From NCBI GenBank assembly GCA_023665105.1, contig JAMPEO010000001.1:1-37969 (forward strand): 37,969 bases of DNA. Reading direction: 5' to 3'. Shown here piece after piece: positions 25,324-35,600 of this stretch. Position numbers and translations under genes: made by a program. A model generated the notes under the pieces. It was given only the letters and a program-made list of their open reading frames with translations, ran no database searches and was not told where the DNA came from. The stretch's first letter is position 1; every line of letters starts with the position of its first letter. The stretch comes from Candidatus Gastranaerophilales bacterium. Lineage in GTDB: Bacteria; Cyanobacteriota; Vampirovibrionia; Gastranaerophilales; Gastranaerophilaceae.

Positions 25324-28300
25324 TTGCTCCTATTTTTGTGTGTTATTATATCTCCGTGTGCGTTTGCTGCCGAGTCGTCTTATACGAAACCGGATAATTA
25401 TACTTATGGTTCGAGGATTGAGGATACTTTAACTAACGATATAAGTAATGTAGTGTTTACTAATCTTTCATTCGGGAATGAAGGTGGAGCTATCCGAAAT
25501 ACACAAAATGCTAACGTGAATATCATAGCAGACTTTGTGGCTAACTATGCTCACACAGATGCTTATGCAGCTGGTGGCGGTGCAATTTATAATACCGGTA
25601 GTATTGGTAATATCTCAGGTAATTTTATAGAGAACTATGTTACAAGTTCTGTTCCGATAGAATTATCCGGTGGTGCTATCTATAATTCAGGCAGTAGTGC
25701 TGTTATGGGTAAACTCGAAAATGTTACTTTTCAAGGTAACTATATCAAAACTGCAACGAATTCTTTAGTTAGGGGCGGTGCTATTGCAAATATAGATACG
25801 AAATCTAACACTATTGGGAATATTAGCGGCAGTTTTATAGGTAACTATGCGGAAACCGGTAATGCAAATGCACAAGGTGGAGCTATTGCGAACCATTGGG
25901 CAAATTTGTCTACTATTACAAATTCTGAGTTTAAAGATAATTACGTTAGTACATTAAACGGTCAGGCTCATGGCGGTGCTATTTATAATAATAACTATAC
26001 TTATATGGATAGTATATCAAATACTCTTTTTGAGGGTAATCAGGCTGTAAGTAATACTAACGCACGTGGCGGTGCTATTTATAACAATAATTTTAATAAT
26101 AATTATGCAAATAAAGCCAAAAGTCTTATAGATGGTACATTTAAAGCCAATGTTGCTTATGGTGGTAATGAAGCACTTGGTGGTGCAATATGTAATGATA
26201 ATAATTCTTATATTGGCACTGTTAGCGGAGAATTTATTCAAAACACTTCTATTGCAACCGGTAGTTCAGGTTGGGCAGAAGGCGGTGCAATTTGGAACTC
26301 AAATAATTCAACCATTGTAAATATATTAGATGCTGCTTTTACAGAGAACCGTGTTCAAGCTGAAAATGCAAATGCACAAGGTGCTGCTATATATAACGGT
26401 GCTGATAGTACTATTCAAAATCTTATAGGTACTTTTACGAATAACAGAATATATAATTCTAAAAAGGCTCATGGTGGAGCAGTTTTTAATGCAGGAACTA
26501 TGGGTATAAATTATTCTGAATTTAGAGATAATACTGCCATTGGTTCAGAAGAATCTCAAGGCGGTGCTATCTATAATAGCGGTAGTATGACACTTAGAAA
26601 TACAAGTTTTTATAATAACCGTGCTTATGTTACTAATGCTGATAATTCAGTTGCGGGTGGTGCTATTTATTCTAAATCTGATATTACTGTTTTAGCTGAT
26701 GGTGGTGTATCAGAGTTTTCCGGTAATATGACTGTATCCGGAACTAGTGGTTACAAAAGAGCTATTTATATTGATAATGCTTCTGCAACTTTAACACTAG
26801 AAGCTCGTAATGGTGGCGAAATTATTTTGCGTGACCATATTGATGGAGCTTCCGGTTATAACGTTACTATAACAGGTGATTATACCGGTACAGTTAATTT
26901 ATATAGTTATATAAATGATGCACATGTTTTTGTGAATAATGTTAAAGTCAACTTTAGTGATGATAGTATTAAAGGTAATGTATTTCAATCTTTCTCGTCA
27001 TTAGATAATGCTTCATATTCTTTTGATGTAGATTTGTCTAATGGTGTAGCTGATACTATTACTGCAGTAAATAGTTCTAGTGGTATTGTCAGAATAGATT
27101 CACTCAATTTTATCGGAGAGTCTTCTTCTCCTGTGGTTGTACAAATTTTAAATGTGCCTTACAAGGCAAGTTATGCACGTTTGTCTTTGAATTCCATCAA
27201 TTTTACCACTCAACTTGATGATACAATTACTAATGAAACCGTTTTAACAGGAAAACAAGTTGTACTTGCTACAACAAATACTACGTATGACTCTATCCGA
27301 ATTACCGGTAAAGTTTATGATACTTTAAAAGAGTTAAACCAAAAAACTACAACAAACGAAAGAAATTTTAACTTTGTTAATATAGCAACTTATACCGTTC
27401 GTGAAGATTTAGGTACGACTTCTTCCGGAACACTAAATATCAACGGTATGGTTGATGGTAATAAAAAATCAACTATTGATTTTAATAAAAATTCAGGTTT
27501 TCAGCTTAATATCAGCGGAAGAAATCTTAATGTATCAAATGTGAAATTTACAAATGCAGTATCTGATAACGAGCGTGGTTCTGTTATCAATATGCAAAAT
27601 ACTTCAACAGCAGAGTTTACAAATGTAGATTTTGTAAACAATCATTCTATAAATTCCGGTGATGCTCTTGGTTCAGCTGTTTCAGTGTCTAATGGTTCAA
27701 GAATAACAAGTCTTACCGGAAGTTTTGTTGGTAATGTTTCAAGTGCTGACGGTTACTATATTGAAGGTGGTGCTCTCTGGAATTCCAATTCAGGATATAT
27801 TGATAATATAGTAGCAGATTTCGTAGAAAATTCTGCCATTGGTAATGCTGATGTTAATGGTGGTGCTGTTTATAACAATTATTCTGATATTCAAAGAATA
27901 GAGGGTGATTTTATAAAAAATAGTGCTCAAGGTATGCACGTAAAAGGTGGTGCTATATATAATACAAATCTTGCACGTATCAATTATATTGAAGGTTTAT
28001 TCAAAGAAAATAGTGCCAGCGGTAGTGCAGCTACTTATGGCGGTGCTATATATAATGATAATGGTTATTTGCCTGCTATTACAAATTCTTCCTTTATAGG
28101 AAATTATGCTCATGCTGATAGTGAGACTGCTCAAGGTGGTGCTATTTATACTGCTGCTAATATTAAGATTATTGCAGATAATGGTATTTCAGAATTTACT
28201 GGTAATTATTCTCAAATTGGTGATGGTGAAAAGAATTATAACGCTATATACGTTAATAATTCTGATGCAACATTGTATCTTGAGCCTAGTAATAATGGTA

Positions 28301-31300
28301 CAATTATTTTAAATGATAATATCGACGGTGCACAAGGTTATACCGTTGCAGTTGCAGGTAATTCTACCGGTACTCTAGCTTTGAATAATGATATTAAAAA
28401 TGCTAAGGTTTATATCAATACCGTTAATGTCAGTACTGCAAATAATTCCATACGTGATTATACATTCTATATGTTGAGTTCTAATGCTAACGCAAAATAT
28501 AATATTGATATAGATTTAGACAATGTCGGTTCTGCCGATAGGTTTGTTACAACAGGTCTATCAACAGGAACGGTAACTTTGAATTCTATCAATTTTATGA
28601 ATAATATCGGATACGTTGATGAATGTATTATTCAAGTAATTGATAACAAAAATACCTCATCTACACTTAAACTTGCACTTGGTAATAATATTGTTTCATT
28701 GCCTGATGCCGGCAATACTATTAGTAATGAAACCGTTATTGCTGATGTAGGGGGTATTACTCTTGCAACTACAAATACAACAGATGATTCAATCAAAGTT
28801 ACAGGTAAAATATATGATAATCTTTCATACATAAATAAGAAAACATCTGAAGAAGAACGCAATTTTAATTTTGTTAATACTTCTACTTATACTGTGAAAG
28901 AAAATCTTGGCACAGCCTCTACAGGTGTTCTTAATATCAATGGTAAAACAAACGGAGATGCGAAGTCTACTATTGATATGAATGAACATTCAGGTTTTGT
29001 TGTCAAAGGTAATACTATCTTAAATCTTACAGATGTTAATATTGTTAATGCAAAAGCATCAACTGAACGCGGTTCTGTTATTACGGTTTCTGATGGTAAT
29101 TCCCAAAAAGTTAATATTCAAAATGTTACTTTTTCTGATAACAAAATTGAATCAGATGGTGATGGCTTCGGTGCTGTAATATCAAATCAGGGCTATGGGA
29201 TAATAGGCAATATTAACGGAAAATTTGAGAACAATAGTGTTAATGCCAAAGGTTATTGGGCTGAAGGCGGAGCAATTTGGAATTCAAATGTAAGTTCTAT
29301 TCAAAATATTGATGCAGACTTCATTGCTAACTCTGTTGTTGGTGCCAGTGATACTACAGCTAAGGGTGGTGCTATTTATGTAAATTATTACAGTAGTATT
29401 GAAAATATAAACGCAAATATTATTGAAAATAATATTTCAGGTAAAACAGCTCTTGGTGGTGCAATATTTAATGGTTCTGCCAGCAATATTGGCACTATAA
29501 CCGGCACGGTTGTTGGAAACTATGCTATTGGTACAGAAACTGCAAGGGGCGGTGCTATTTATAATGAAGGCTCATCTATTGATGCTTTAAAAAATATTGT
29601 ATTCAAAGATAACTACGTTAAGAGTGAAACAGGCACTGCACAAGGTGGTGCAATATATACTGATTCCAATTTAAAAGTACTTGCTGATAATGGTGTTTCT
29701 GCATTTACAGGAAACTATAGTCAAAATGGTGAAAATATTGATAATAATGCTATTTATGTTGGTAGCTCAAATGCAACTGTTACCTTAGAAATAAAAAATA
29801 AAGGTGTAATTGTTTTTGATGACAATATAAAAGGACAAAAAGGATATTCTGTTAATGTTACAGGGGATAATTCCGGTGCGGTATTATTGAATAATACCGT
29901 TGAAAATGCAAATGTTAATATATCAAATGCAAAAGTTATTCTAAATGATGAAACATTACTGAATAATGAATCGTCATTAGCTTTAAATAATGGTACATTA
30001 ACAGTTCTAAATAATAAAATTGGCACAATGGAGCTTGAAACACTTACATTGACAGGCAAAAATAACCATATATCTCTTGATATTGACCCTAAAAATGCAG
30101 CGTCTGATAGTATAGTTGCAAATAATTATAATATAGCTGAGGATGCAGTATTGTACGTGGATGACATCAATATTATGTCTGTAACTACAGATAAAAATAT
30201 GCGTATAAAATTTGCAGACGAAGCACTTGCCGGTAATGTTGTTTATAACGGTCATAAAACTGCAATAACAACACCGATATTTAAATATAATGTTGCTTAT
30301 CTTGTAGATAAAGATAATAGCGGTTACTTCGCATTTGGTCGTGGTTCAAGCGGTGATTGGAGAAGCTACAACCCTGCTGTATTATCATCTGCTGTAGTTG
30401 CACAAGCTGGTGCTTACACAACTATGGTTCAAACTTTCAATCATGCATTCTCACATTCAGATACGTATATGAATATTCCTAATAGTGAAAGATTATCATA
30501 TAAAAATAAAGGAAAATACGCTGTTGCCGGTGATACTAATATGCCGGGTGTATTTTCGCCGTTAATGACAAATGATAAGGATGCAGGATTCTGGGTTAAA
30601 CCTTATGCAACATTTGAAAATATTCCGTTGAAAAATGGACCAAAAGTTCAGAATATCAACTATGGAACATTGATTGGATATGACTCACCGTTAGAAAGTC
30701 TTAAAAACGGCTGGGATAGAGTTATGACATATTACTTTGGTTACAATGGCTCTACTCAGCATTTTACAGGTGTTGATTCATATCAAAACGGTGGGCTTGC
30801 CGGTGTAACCATGAGTTTATATAAAGGTAAATTCTTTAATGCGACAACAGTTTCTGCCGGTGCTACTGTAGGTGAAATATCTACTATGTATGGCAGTGAA
30901 ACATTCACTGCTTTGATGGCTGGTATTGCTAACAAAACCGGATATAATCTTGAATTTAAAGAAGGTAGATTTATTATTCAACCGTCTATGTTCTTATCTT
31001 ATGCATTTGTTAATACTTTTGATTATACAAATGCTGCAGGAGTTAGAATTGATAGTGATCCGCTTAGTGTAATTCAAGTTGCACCAGGACTTAAGTTTAT
31101 TGGTAATACTAAAAACGGCTGGCAGCCATATTTCGCAATAAGTATGGTTTGGAATATTACTTGTGATTCTACTGTTAGAGCTAATAATGTTCAAATGCCT
31201 TCTATGAGTATTGATCCGTTTGTCCAATATGGTTTAGGCTTGCAAAAACGTGTTTCTGATAGATTTACGGGATTTATTCAGGCTATGATTCAAAACGGAG

Positions 31301-31359
31301 GACGTAATGGCGTTGCATTAACTGCAGGTTTCCGATGGGCAATCGGCAGGGGTAAATAA
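25324..31359 (+). CDS. giant type Va autotransporter with Pmp-like (GGAI[YWF]N / FxxN) repeats in three ~500-aa modules plus a C-terminal beta-barrel
   Basis: 2011-aa ORF with dozens of GGAIYN/GGAIWN repeats. The anchor ADxGVSxFxGN recurs at nt 26695, 28174 and 29683. The C-terminal ~300 aa has alternating autotransporter-barrel features (GFWVKPYATFENIPL...ALTAGFRW). The true start is probably ATG 25235, reached through the G tract. TTG 25324 has no SD and gives a signal peptide with no charged n-region. Confidence 0.9.
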   Translation: MLLFLCVIISPCAFAAESSYTKPDNYTYGSRIEDTLTNDISNVVFTNLSFGNEGGAIRNTQNANVNIIADFVANYAHTDAYAAGGGAIYNTGSIGNISGNFIENYVTSSVPIELSGGAIYNSGSSAVMGKLENVTFQGNYIKTATNSLVRGGAIANIDTKSNTIGNISGSFIGNYAETGNANAQGGAIANHWANLSTITNSEFKDNYVSTLNGQAHGGAIYNNNYTYMDSISNTLFEGNQAVSNTNARGGAIYNNNFNNNYANKAKSLIDGTFKANVAYGGNEALGGAICNDNNSYIGTVSGEFIQNTSIATGSSGWAEGGAIWNSNNSTIVNILDAAFTENRVQAENANAQGAAIYNGADSTIQNLIGTFTNNRIYNSKKAHGGAVFNAGTMGINYSEFRDNTAIGSEESQGGAIYNSGSMTLRNTSFYNNRAYVTNADNSVAGGAIYSKSDITVLADGGVSEFSGNMTVSGTSGYKRAIYIDNASATLTLEARNGGEIILRDHIDGASGYNVTITGDYTGTVNLYSYINDAHVFVNNVKVNFSDDSIKGNVFQSFSSLDNASYSFDVDLSNGVADTITAVNSSSGIVRIDSLNFIGESSSPVVVQILNVPYKASYARLSLNSINFTTQLDDTITNETVLTGKQVVLATTNTTYDSIRITGKVYDTLKELNQKTTTNERNFNFVNIATYTVREDLGTTSSGTLNINGMVDGNKKSTIDFNKNSGFQLNISGRNLNVSNVKFTNAVSDNERGSVINMQNTSTAEFTNVDFVNNHSINSGDALGSAVSVSNGSRITSLTGSFVGNVSSADGYYIEGGALWNSNSGYIDNIVADFVENSAIGNADVNGGAVYNNYSDIQRIEGDFIKNSAQGMHVKGGAIYNTNLARINYIEGLFKENSASGSAATYGGAIYNDNGYLPAITNSSFIGNYAHADSETAQGGAIYTAANIKIIADNGISEFTGNYSQIGDGEKNYNAIYVNNSDATLYLEPSNNGTIILNDNIDGAQGYTVAVAGNSTGTLALNNDIKNAKVYINTVNVSTANNSIRDYTFYMLSSNANAKYNIDIDLDNVGSADRFVTTGLSTGTVTLNSINFMNNIGYVDECIIQVIDNKNTSSTLKLALGNNIVSLPDAGNTISNETVIADVGGITLATTNTTDDSIKVTGKIYDNLSYINKKTSEEERNFNFVNTSTYTVKENLGTASTGVLNINGKTNGDAKSTIDMNEHSGFVVKGNTILNLTDVNIVNAKASTERGSVITVSDGNSQKVNIQNVTFSDNKIESDGDGFGAVISNQGYGIIGNINGKFENNSVNAKGYWAEGGAIWNSNVSSIQNIDADFIANSVVGASDTTAKGGAIYVNYYSSIENINANIIENNISGKTALGGAIFNGSASNIGTITGTVVGNYAIGTETARGGAIYNEGSSIDALKNIVFKDNYVKSETGTAQGGAIYTDSNLKVLADNGVSAFTGNYSQNGENIDNNAIYVGSSNATVTLEIKNKGVIVFDDNIKGQKGYSVNVTGDNSGAVLLNNTVENANVNISNAKVILNDETLLNNESSLALNNGTLTVLNNKIGTMELETLTLTGKNNHISLDIDPKNAASDSIVANNYNIAEDAVLYVDDINIMSVTTDKNMRIKFADEALAGNVVYNGHKTAITTPIFKYNVAYLVDKDNSGYFAFGRGSSGDWRSYNPAVLSSAVVAQAGAYTTMVQTFNHAFSHSDTYMNIPNSERLSYKNKGKYAVAGDTNMPGVFSPLMTNDKDAGFWVKPYATFENIPLKNGPKVQNINYGTLIGYDSPLESLKNGWDRVMTYYFGYNGSTQHFTGVDSYQNGGLAGVTMSLYKGKFFNATTVSAGATVGEISTMYGSETFTALMAGIANKTGYNLEFKEGRFIIQPSMFLSYAFVNTFDYTNAAGVRIDSDPLSVIQVAPGLKFIGNTKNGWQPYFAISMVWNITCDSTVRANNVQMPSMSIDPFVQYGLGLQKRVSDRFTGFIQAMIQNGGRNGVALTAGFRWAIGRGK

Positions 31360-31378
31360 GATTTTTATCAGTTAGACT

Positions 31379-31414
31379 AAAAGAGGTGATAAGTATAACT
31401 TATCACCTCTTTTC
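31379..31414. terminator. bidirectional rho-independent terminator between the autotransporter and fba
   Basis: AAGAGGTGATAAGT (31381-31394) / ACTTATCACCTCTT (31398-31411), a 14-bp stem flanked by an A-run and a T-run. Confidence 0.8.
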
Positions 31415-31419
31415 ATTAT

Positions 31420-31443
31420 ATTCTGAAACTGGTTCAGAATGAC
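31420..31443. repeat. REP-like hairpin of the same family as 14127-14150
   Basis: ATTCTGAA-ACTGG-TTCAGAATGAC compared with ATTCTGAA-ACAAG-TTCAGAATGAC at 14127-14150. Confidence 0.7.
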
Positions 31444-31457
31444 AAAACTATATTAGA

Positions 31458-32417
31458 TTAGTCATCAGCGTGACCAGCTGTACCTAATACATCAACCATT
31501 TTGTGTTTTACTAATTCTTTAACAGCAGTTCTGCCTGGTCCCATGTATTCACGTGGGTCGAATTTAGCAGGTTCTTCGATAAAGAATTCTCTGATTGTTG
31601 ATGTCATAGCTAATCTTAAGTCTGTATCGATATTGATTTTAGCAACACCGTGTTTAGAAGCATAGTTTAACATATCTTCAGGAACACCTTGTGCGTTTGG
31701 TAATTTACCGCCGAATTTGTTACATTTAGCAACTAAATCTTGTGGAACTGATGAAGAACCGTGAAGAACGATTGGATAATCACCAAAACCAGCTTCTTTA
31801 AGAGCATCTTTGATTTCTTTAAGTCTGTCAAAGTCAAGTTTAGCTTCACCAGCGAACTTGTAAGCACCGTGTGAAGTACCGATAGCGATTGCTAATGAAT
31901 CACAGCCAGTTTGCTTAACGAATTCAACAGCTTCTTTAACGTTAGTATATTTAGCATCTTTAGCGTCAACATTAACATCGTCTTCAATACCTGCTAATTT
32001 ACCAAGTTCAGCTTCAACTGAAACTCCTCTTTCGTGAGCGTATTCAACAACTTTCTTAGTAACAGCAACGTTTTCTTCAAATGAGAATCTTGAACCGTCA
32101 ATCATAACTGAAGAGAAACCGCCATCGATACAAGCTTTACAAATTTCAAAGTCTGCACCGTGATCTAAGTGAAGTGCGATAGGTACTGTAGTTGTAGCTA
32201 AAGCTGCTTCTACTAATTTGATTAGATATGTTTGGTTAGCATATTTTCTAGCACCTGCTGAAACTTGAAGAATGATTGGTGATCTTGTTTCTTCTGCAGC
32301 TTCTGCAATCGCTTGTAAAATTTCCATATTGTTTACATTGTAAGCACCGATAGCATATCCGCCTTCTAATGCTTTTTTGAACATTTCGTTTGTTCCAACT
32401 AATTTTCTTTCGCTCAT
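31458..32417 (-). CDS. fba: class II fructose-1,6-bisphosphate aldolase
   Basis: GGYAIGAYNVNN, PIALHLDHG, AIGTSHGAYKF, IVLHGSSSVP and INIDTDLR motifs. SD GGAGG lies upstream. Confidence 0.95.
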   Translation of the reverse strand: MSERKLVGTNEMFKKALEGGYAIGAYNVNNMEILQAIAEAAEETRSPIILQVSAGARKYANQTYLIKLVEAALATTTVPIALHLDHGADFEICKACIDGGFSSVMIDGSRFSFEENVAVTKKVVEYAHERGVSVEAELGKLAGIEDDVNVDAKDAKYTNVKEAVEFVKQTGCDSLAIAIGTSHGAYKFAGEAKLDFDRLKEIKDALKEAGFGDYPIVLHGSSSVPQDLVAKCNKFGGKLPNAQGVPEDMLNYASKHGVAKINIDTDLRLAMTSTIREFFIEEPAKFDPREYMGPGRTAVKELVKHKMVDVLGTAGHADD

Positions 32418-32642
32418 TATAAGCCTCCTTCTAAATTGTACGAATTTCTCTTTTAAATTACTATAAAAATAACTCTAATACAAGCAATATCTTATCTTTT
32501 TTTTGACTTAAAAATACATTAACAATTCAATATATTTTTTAATATTGGGTTGTAATAACATGATTAAAGTTGTATCATGAAAGTATATAGAATTTTTTGA
32601 AAAATTTGAGTTAATCTTGATGTTGGCGAAAAGAGGATAAGT

Positions 32643-35600
32643 ATGAAAAAGTTATTGTTTTGTTTGATATATTTGTGTTTTGTTCTGTCATCAGTGAGTG
32701 CAAAAACTGTTAATATTTCTGACTTTTATGATTTTATGGATAATACCGATAGCAATACATCTATGGTTTTAAAAAACGATATAAATATGTTATCAAACTG
32801 GTCATTTGCTAATAATATATCTATCAATGGCTCAAACAATGTATTTAACAATAACGGATTTCGCCTTACTAACAACGGAATATTAAACTTATCTTCCATA
32901 ATTTTTAATGATACAAGTTTATCTTCTTTCGGAAATATTACTAATAATCATTCTCTTAATGCACTGAAAGGGGATGTGAAATTTGGATCAGGCGTTATAG
33001 GGGATGGAACCTTTAATGTTAAGGGTGCACAAGTTGTTTTCGGAAAAGATTCTTCACTTTCTCAATCACAAGTAAATATCTCAAAAGGGCATCTTGCTAT
33101 TTTTGCTGATAGTTTAAAGACAGAAAATGTTGTTAATAATGCAAAAAATGGACTTTATCTTGATAATGGAGAACTTAAAAATGTAAATATTTCAGGCAAA
33201 GGTTCTACTTATATTCAAGGACATGTAGTTGTCGATAAAGATTCTTTAATAAGTCAAAAAATTACTATTCCTGTTTTGTCAACTACTACAGAAGAGACTG
33301 TAAAACAATATTGGGCTAATGACGATGGATACAGGTATTTAATTACTGATATGGATGTATATTTAGCGGAACATCCTGAATGTAATCCTGATTCAGACTT
33401 GGAAGTAACAGAAATTATTAAAGAATATAGTTCTCCAAAAGCTTCTTTAACTGCTAGTGCTAATAGTTTGCTTGGTACTGTTGTGAATAATGCAGGTCTT
33501 ACGTTATTAGATGGTACTATTACTAAAGCTATTAGTGGTACAGGCGGCTTAACCATAGATGGTATTGTTGAGAATATTGCTAAAATTGCTCAAAATTCGA
33601 TTGTGGTTATGGATTCAGCTTCTTTCAAAACTAATGCCGGTTTGTTAGATAAAAATATCACTTTTGTTAATTTAGGAGATTTGTATTTAACAGGCGGCAA
33701 TTTATCTTGTGATATTACCGGTGATGGAATGACGTATATTGAGGGTGCTGTTGGTAACAAAACTTATATCAACTCACCATTGACTATTTTGCCCAAAGGT
33801 TTGTTATTGTCCAATGCTTCTTTGATATATGAAGACATAGTAAATAACGGAATTTTGCAGTTATCTGCCGGAACATTTGATAAAATTGATGAAGGAAATC
33901 CTATTAAGATAACAGGTTCAGGTCATACCCAAATTGTGGGAAAAGTAGTCGTAAATTCTGATATTGAACAAAGTATAGATGTAACTAAAAAAGGTACACT
34001 TAAAGTATGTCCTAATAGAATAAAAGGTAATGTTATCAATGAAGGTACTTTAAATTATATAGGCGGTTATTCTAATTATTTTGTACAAAACAGTAATAAA
34101 ATGAATATTGAAAAAACTATTGTTGCAAAAGATATTGATAACTGGGCTAATTTAACTATTAAAGATTCTGTTGTGACAGGTGTGGCTGATGATTTGGGGC
34201 TTATTGAAAATTATAAAAATTTAACATTCGTTTCGTCAAACTATGAGAAAAATGTGATTGAAAATAATGTTGGAGTTGTAATATACAATTCTGTGATGGT
34301 TGATGGCAAAAAGGTTTATACCGGAAATCTTACTGTTTCAGGTAGTGCAGAGTTTAAAAACAATGTTAATCAAAATGGTAATGGCGGTGTGATTTTTAAT
34401 GATAATAACGGGTCTAAATATGCTCCTAAAGTAGTTCTCAAAGGCAATTATGACAAGGTTTGGCTTAATGATGCAAGTTCATTTACTGCTAATGATGCTG
34501 CAAATGGCGGGGCTATTTATAATAATGGCGGGGTAGTTGATTCTAAACGATATGTGTTTAAAAATAATAATGCTCAACGTGGCGGAGCGATTTATAATAA
34601 TGAAAATTCAACACTAAAACTTACAACATCTGCTTTTAGCGAAAATAATGGTACAGAACAAGGTGGTGCTATTTATAATTCCGGAAGTTTGATTGATAAA
34701 AATGGCTTGTTTATGTCAAATACAGCTAATAATGGTGGTGCTGTTTATAACAATGGAAATACAGTTTTTAATGGGACTCAATTTTATAAAAATGGCGGAA
34801 CAATAGCTGATGATTGTAAAACGGTGGAGGGTGATGTTGCTCAAAAAGGTGGTGCTATCTCTAATAGCGGAATATTGACTCTTAAAAATACACAAATTGG
34901 AAAAATTAGTTATTCTTTTCCTAGTCATATTATGAACAATGTTTTGGTTTATCCGTATTATCCATCAAACCCTGTGAAAATAGTTCCTTACGGAAATGTT
35001 GCTGAATTGGGTGGCGGCTTATATAATTCAGGTATTGCTAATTTAGCAGGTACTGATTTTTCTAATAATTTAGCAACAGAAAATGGCGGTGCCGTTTATA
35101 ATAATATAATGGGAGTTTTAACTGTAAAATCTTCCGGATTTTATAGTAATATTGCATCTCAAAAAGGTGGAGCTATATATAATGAAAATGATATAAATGT
35201 TGTTTCATCGACCTTTGACGGTAATAGTGCAGTGTTTGGTGGGGCATTATATACAAACAATAATATGAATTCTAAACAAGCAAAAATTGATAAAAGCGAT
35301 TTCTGTCATAATAAATCTACTGAAAAAGGCGGGGCTATTTACATTAATACCGGTAATGTTTTAATTAAAAATTCTAAAATAGGTTCGATTATGAACGGAG
35401 GTAATACTGCTGAAAATAGCGGCGGTGGAATTTTTAATAATGGAACGGATACGCAAATTATCTCCTCATATTTTGCAAAAAACTCTGCGAAAACTGGCGG
35501 AGATATATATAATACTGGTAAAATGACTATTTCAAAGACCTCTTTTGGCTATAGTCCAATACCTAAGGGTGGTAAATATTTTATTTCAATTAGAATATAC

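Noticed and set aside
921-31227. Many 60-130-aa antisense or off-frame ORFs inside large genes (e.g. 921-1193, 2139-2330, 4501-4746, 8205-8591, 12619-12885, 13465-13824, 15540-16445, 21034-22508, 26017-30255, 33254-36584)
   Set aside because: Each is fully embedded in a longer ORF with clear domain signatures. Their products are low-complexity mirror images (Ile/Phe/Ser-rich), as expected from AT-rich antisense frames.
32497-32504. T8 tract next to a TTGACT box upstream of the second autotransporter
   Set aside because: A/T homopolymers of this length are common throughout this AT-rich window. The tract abuts the -35-like box rather than forming the spacer.
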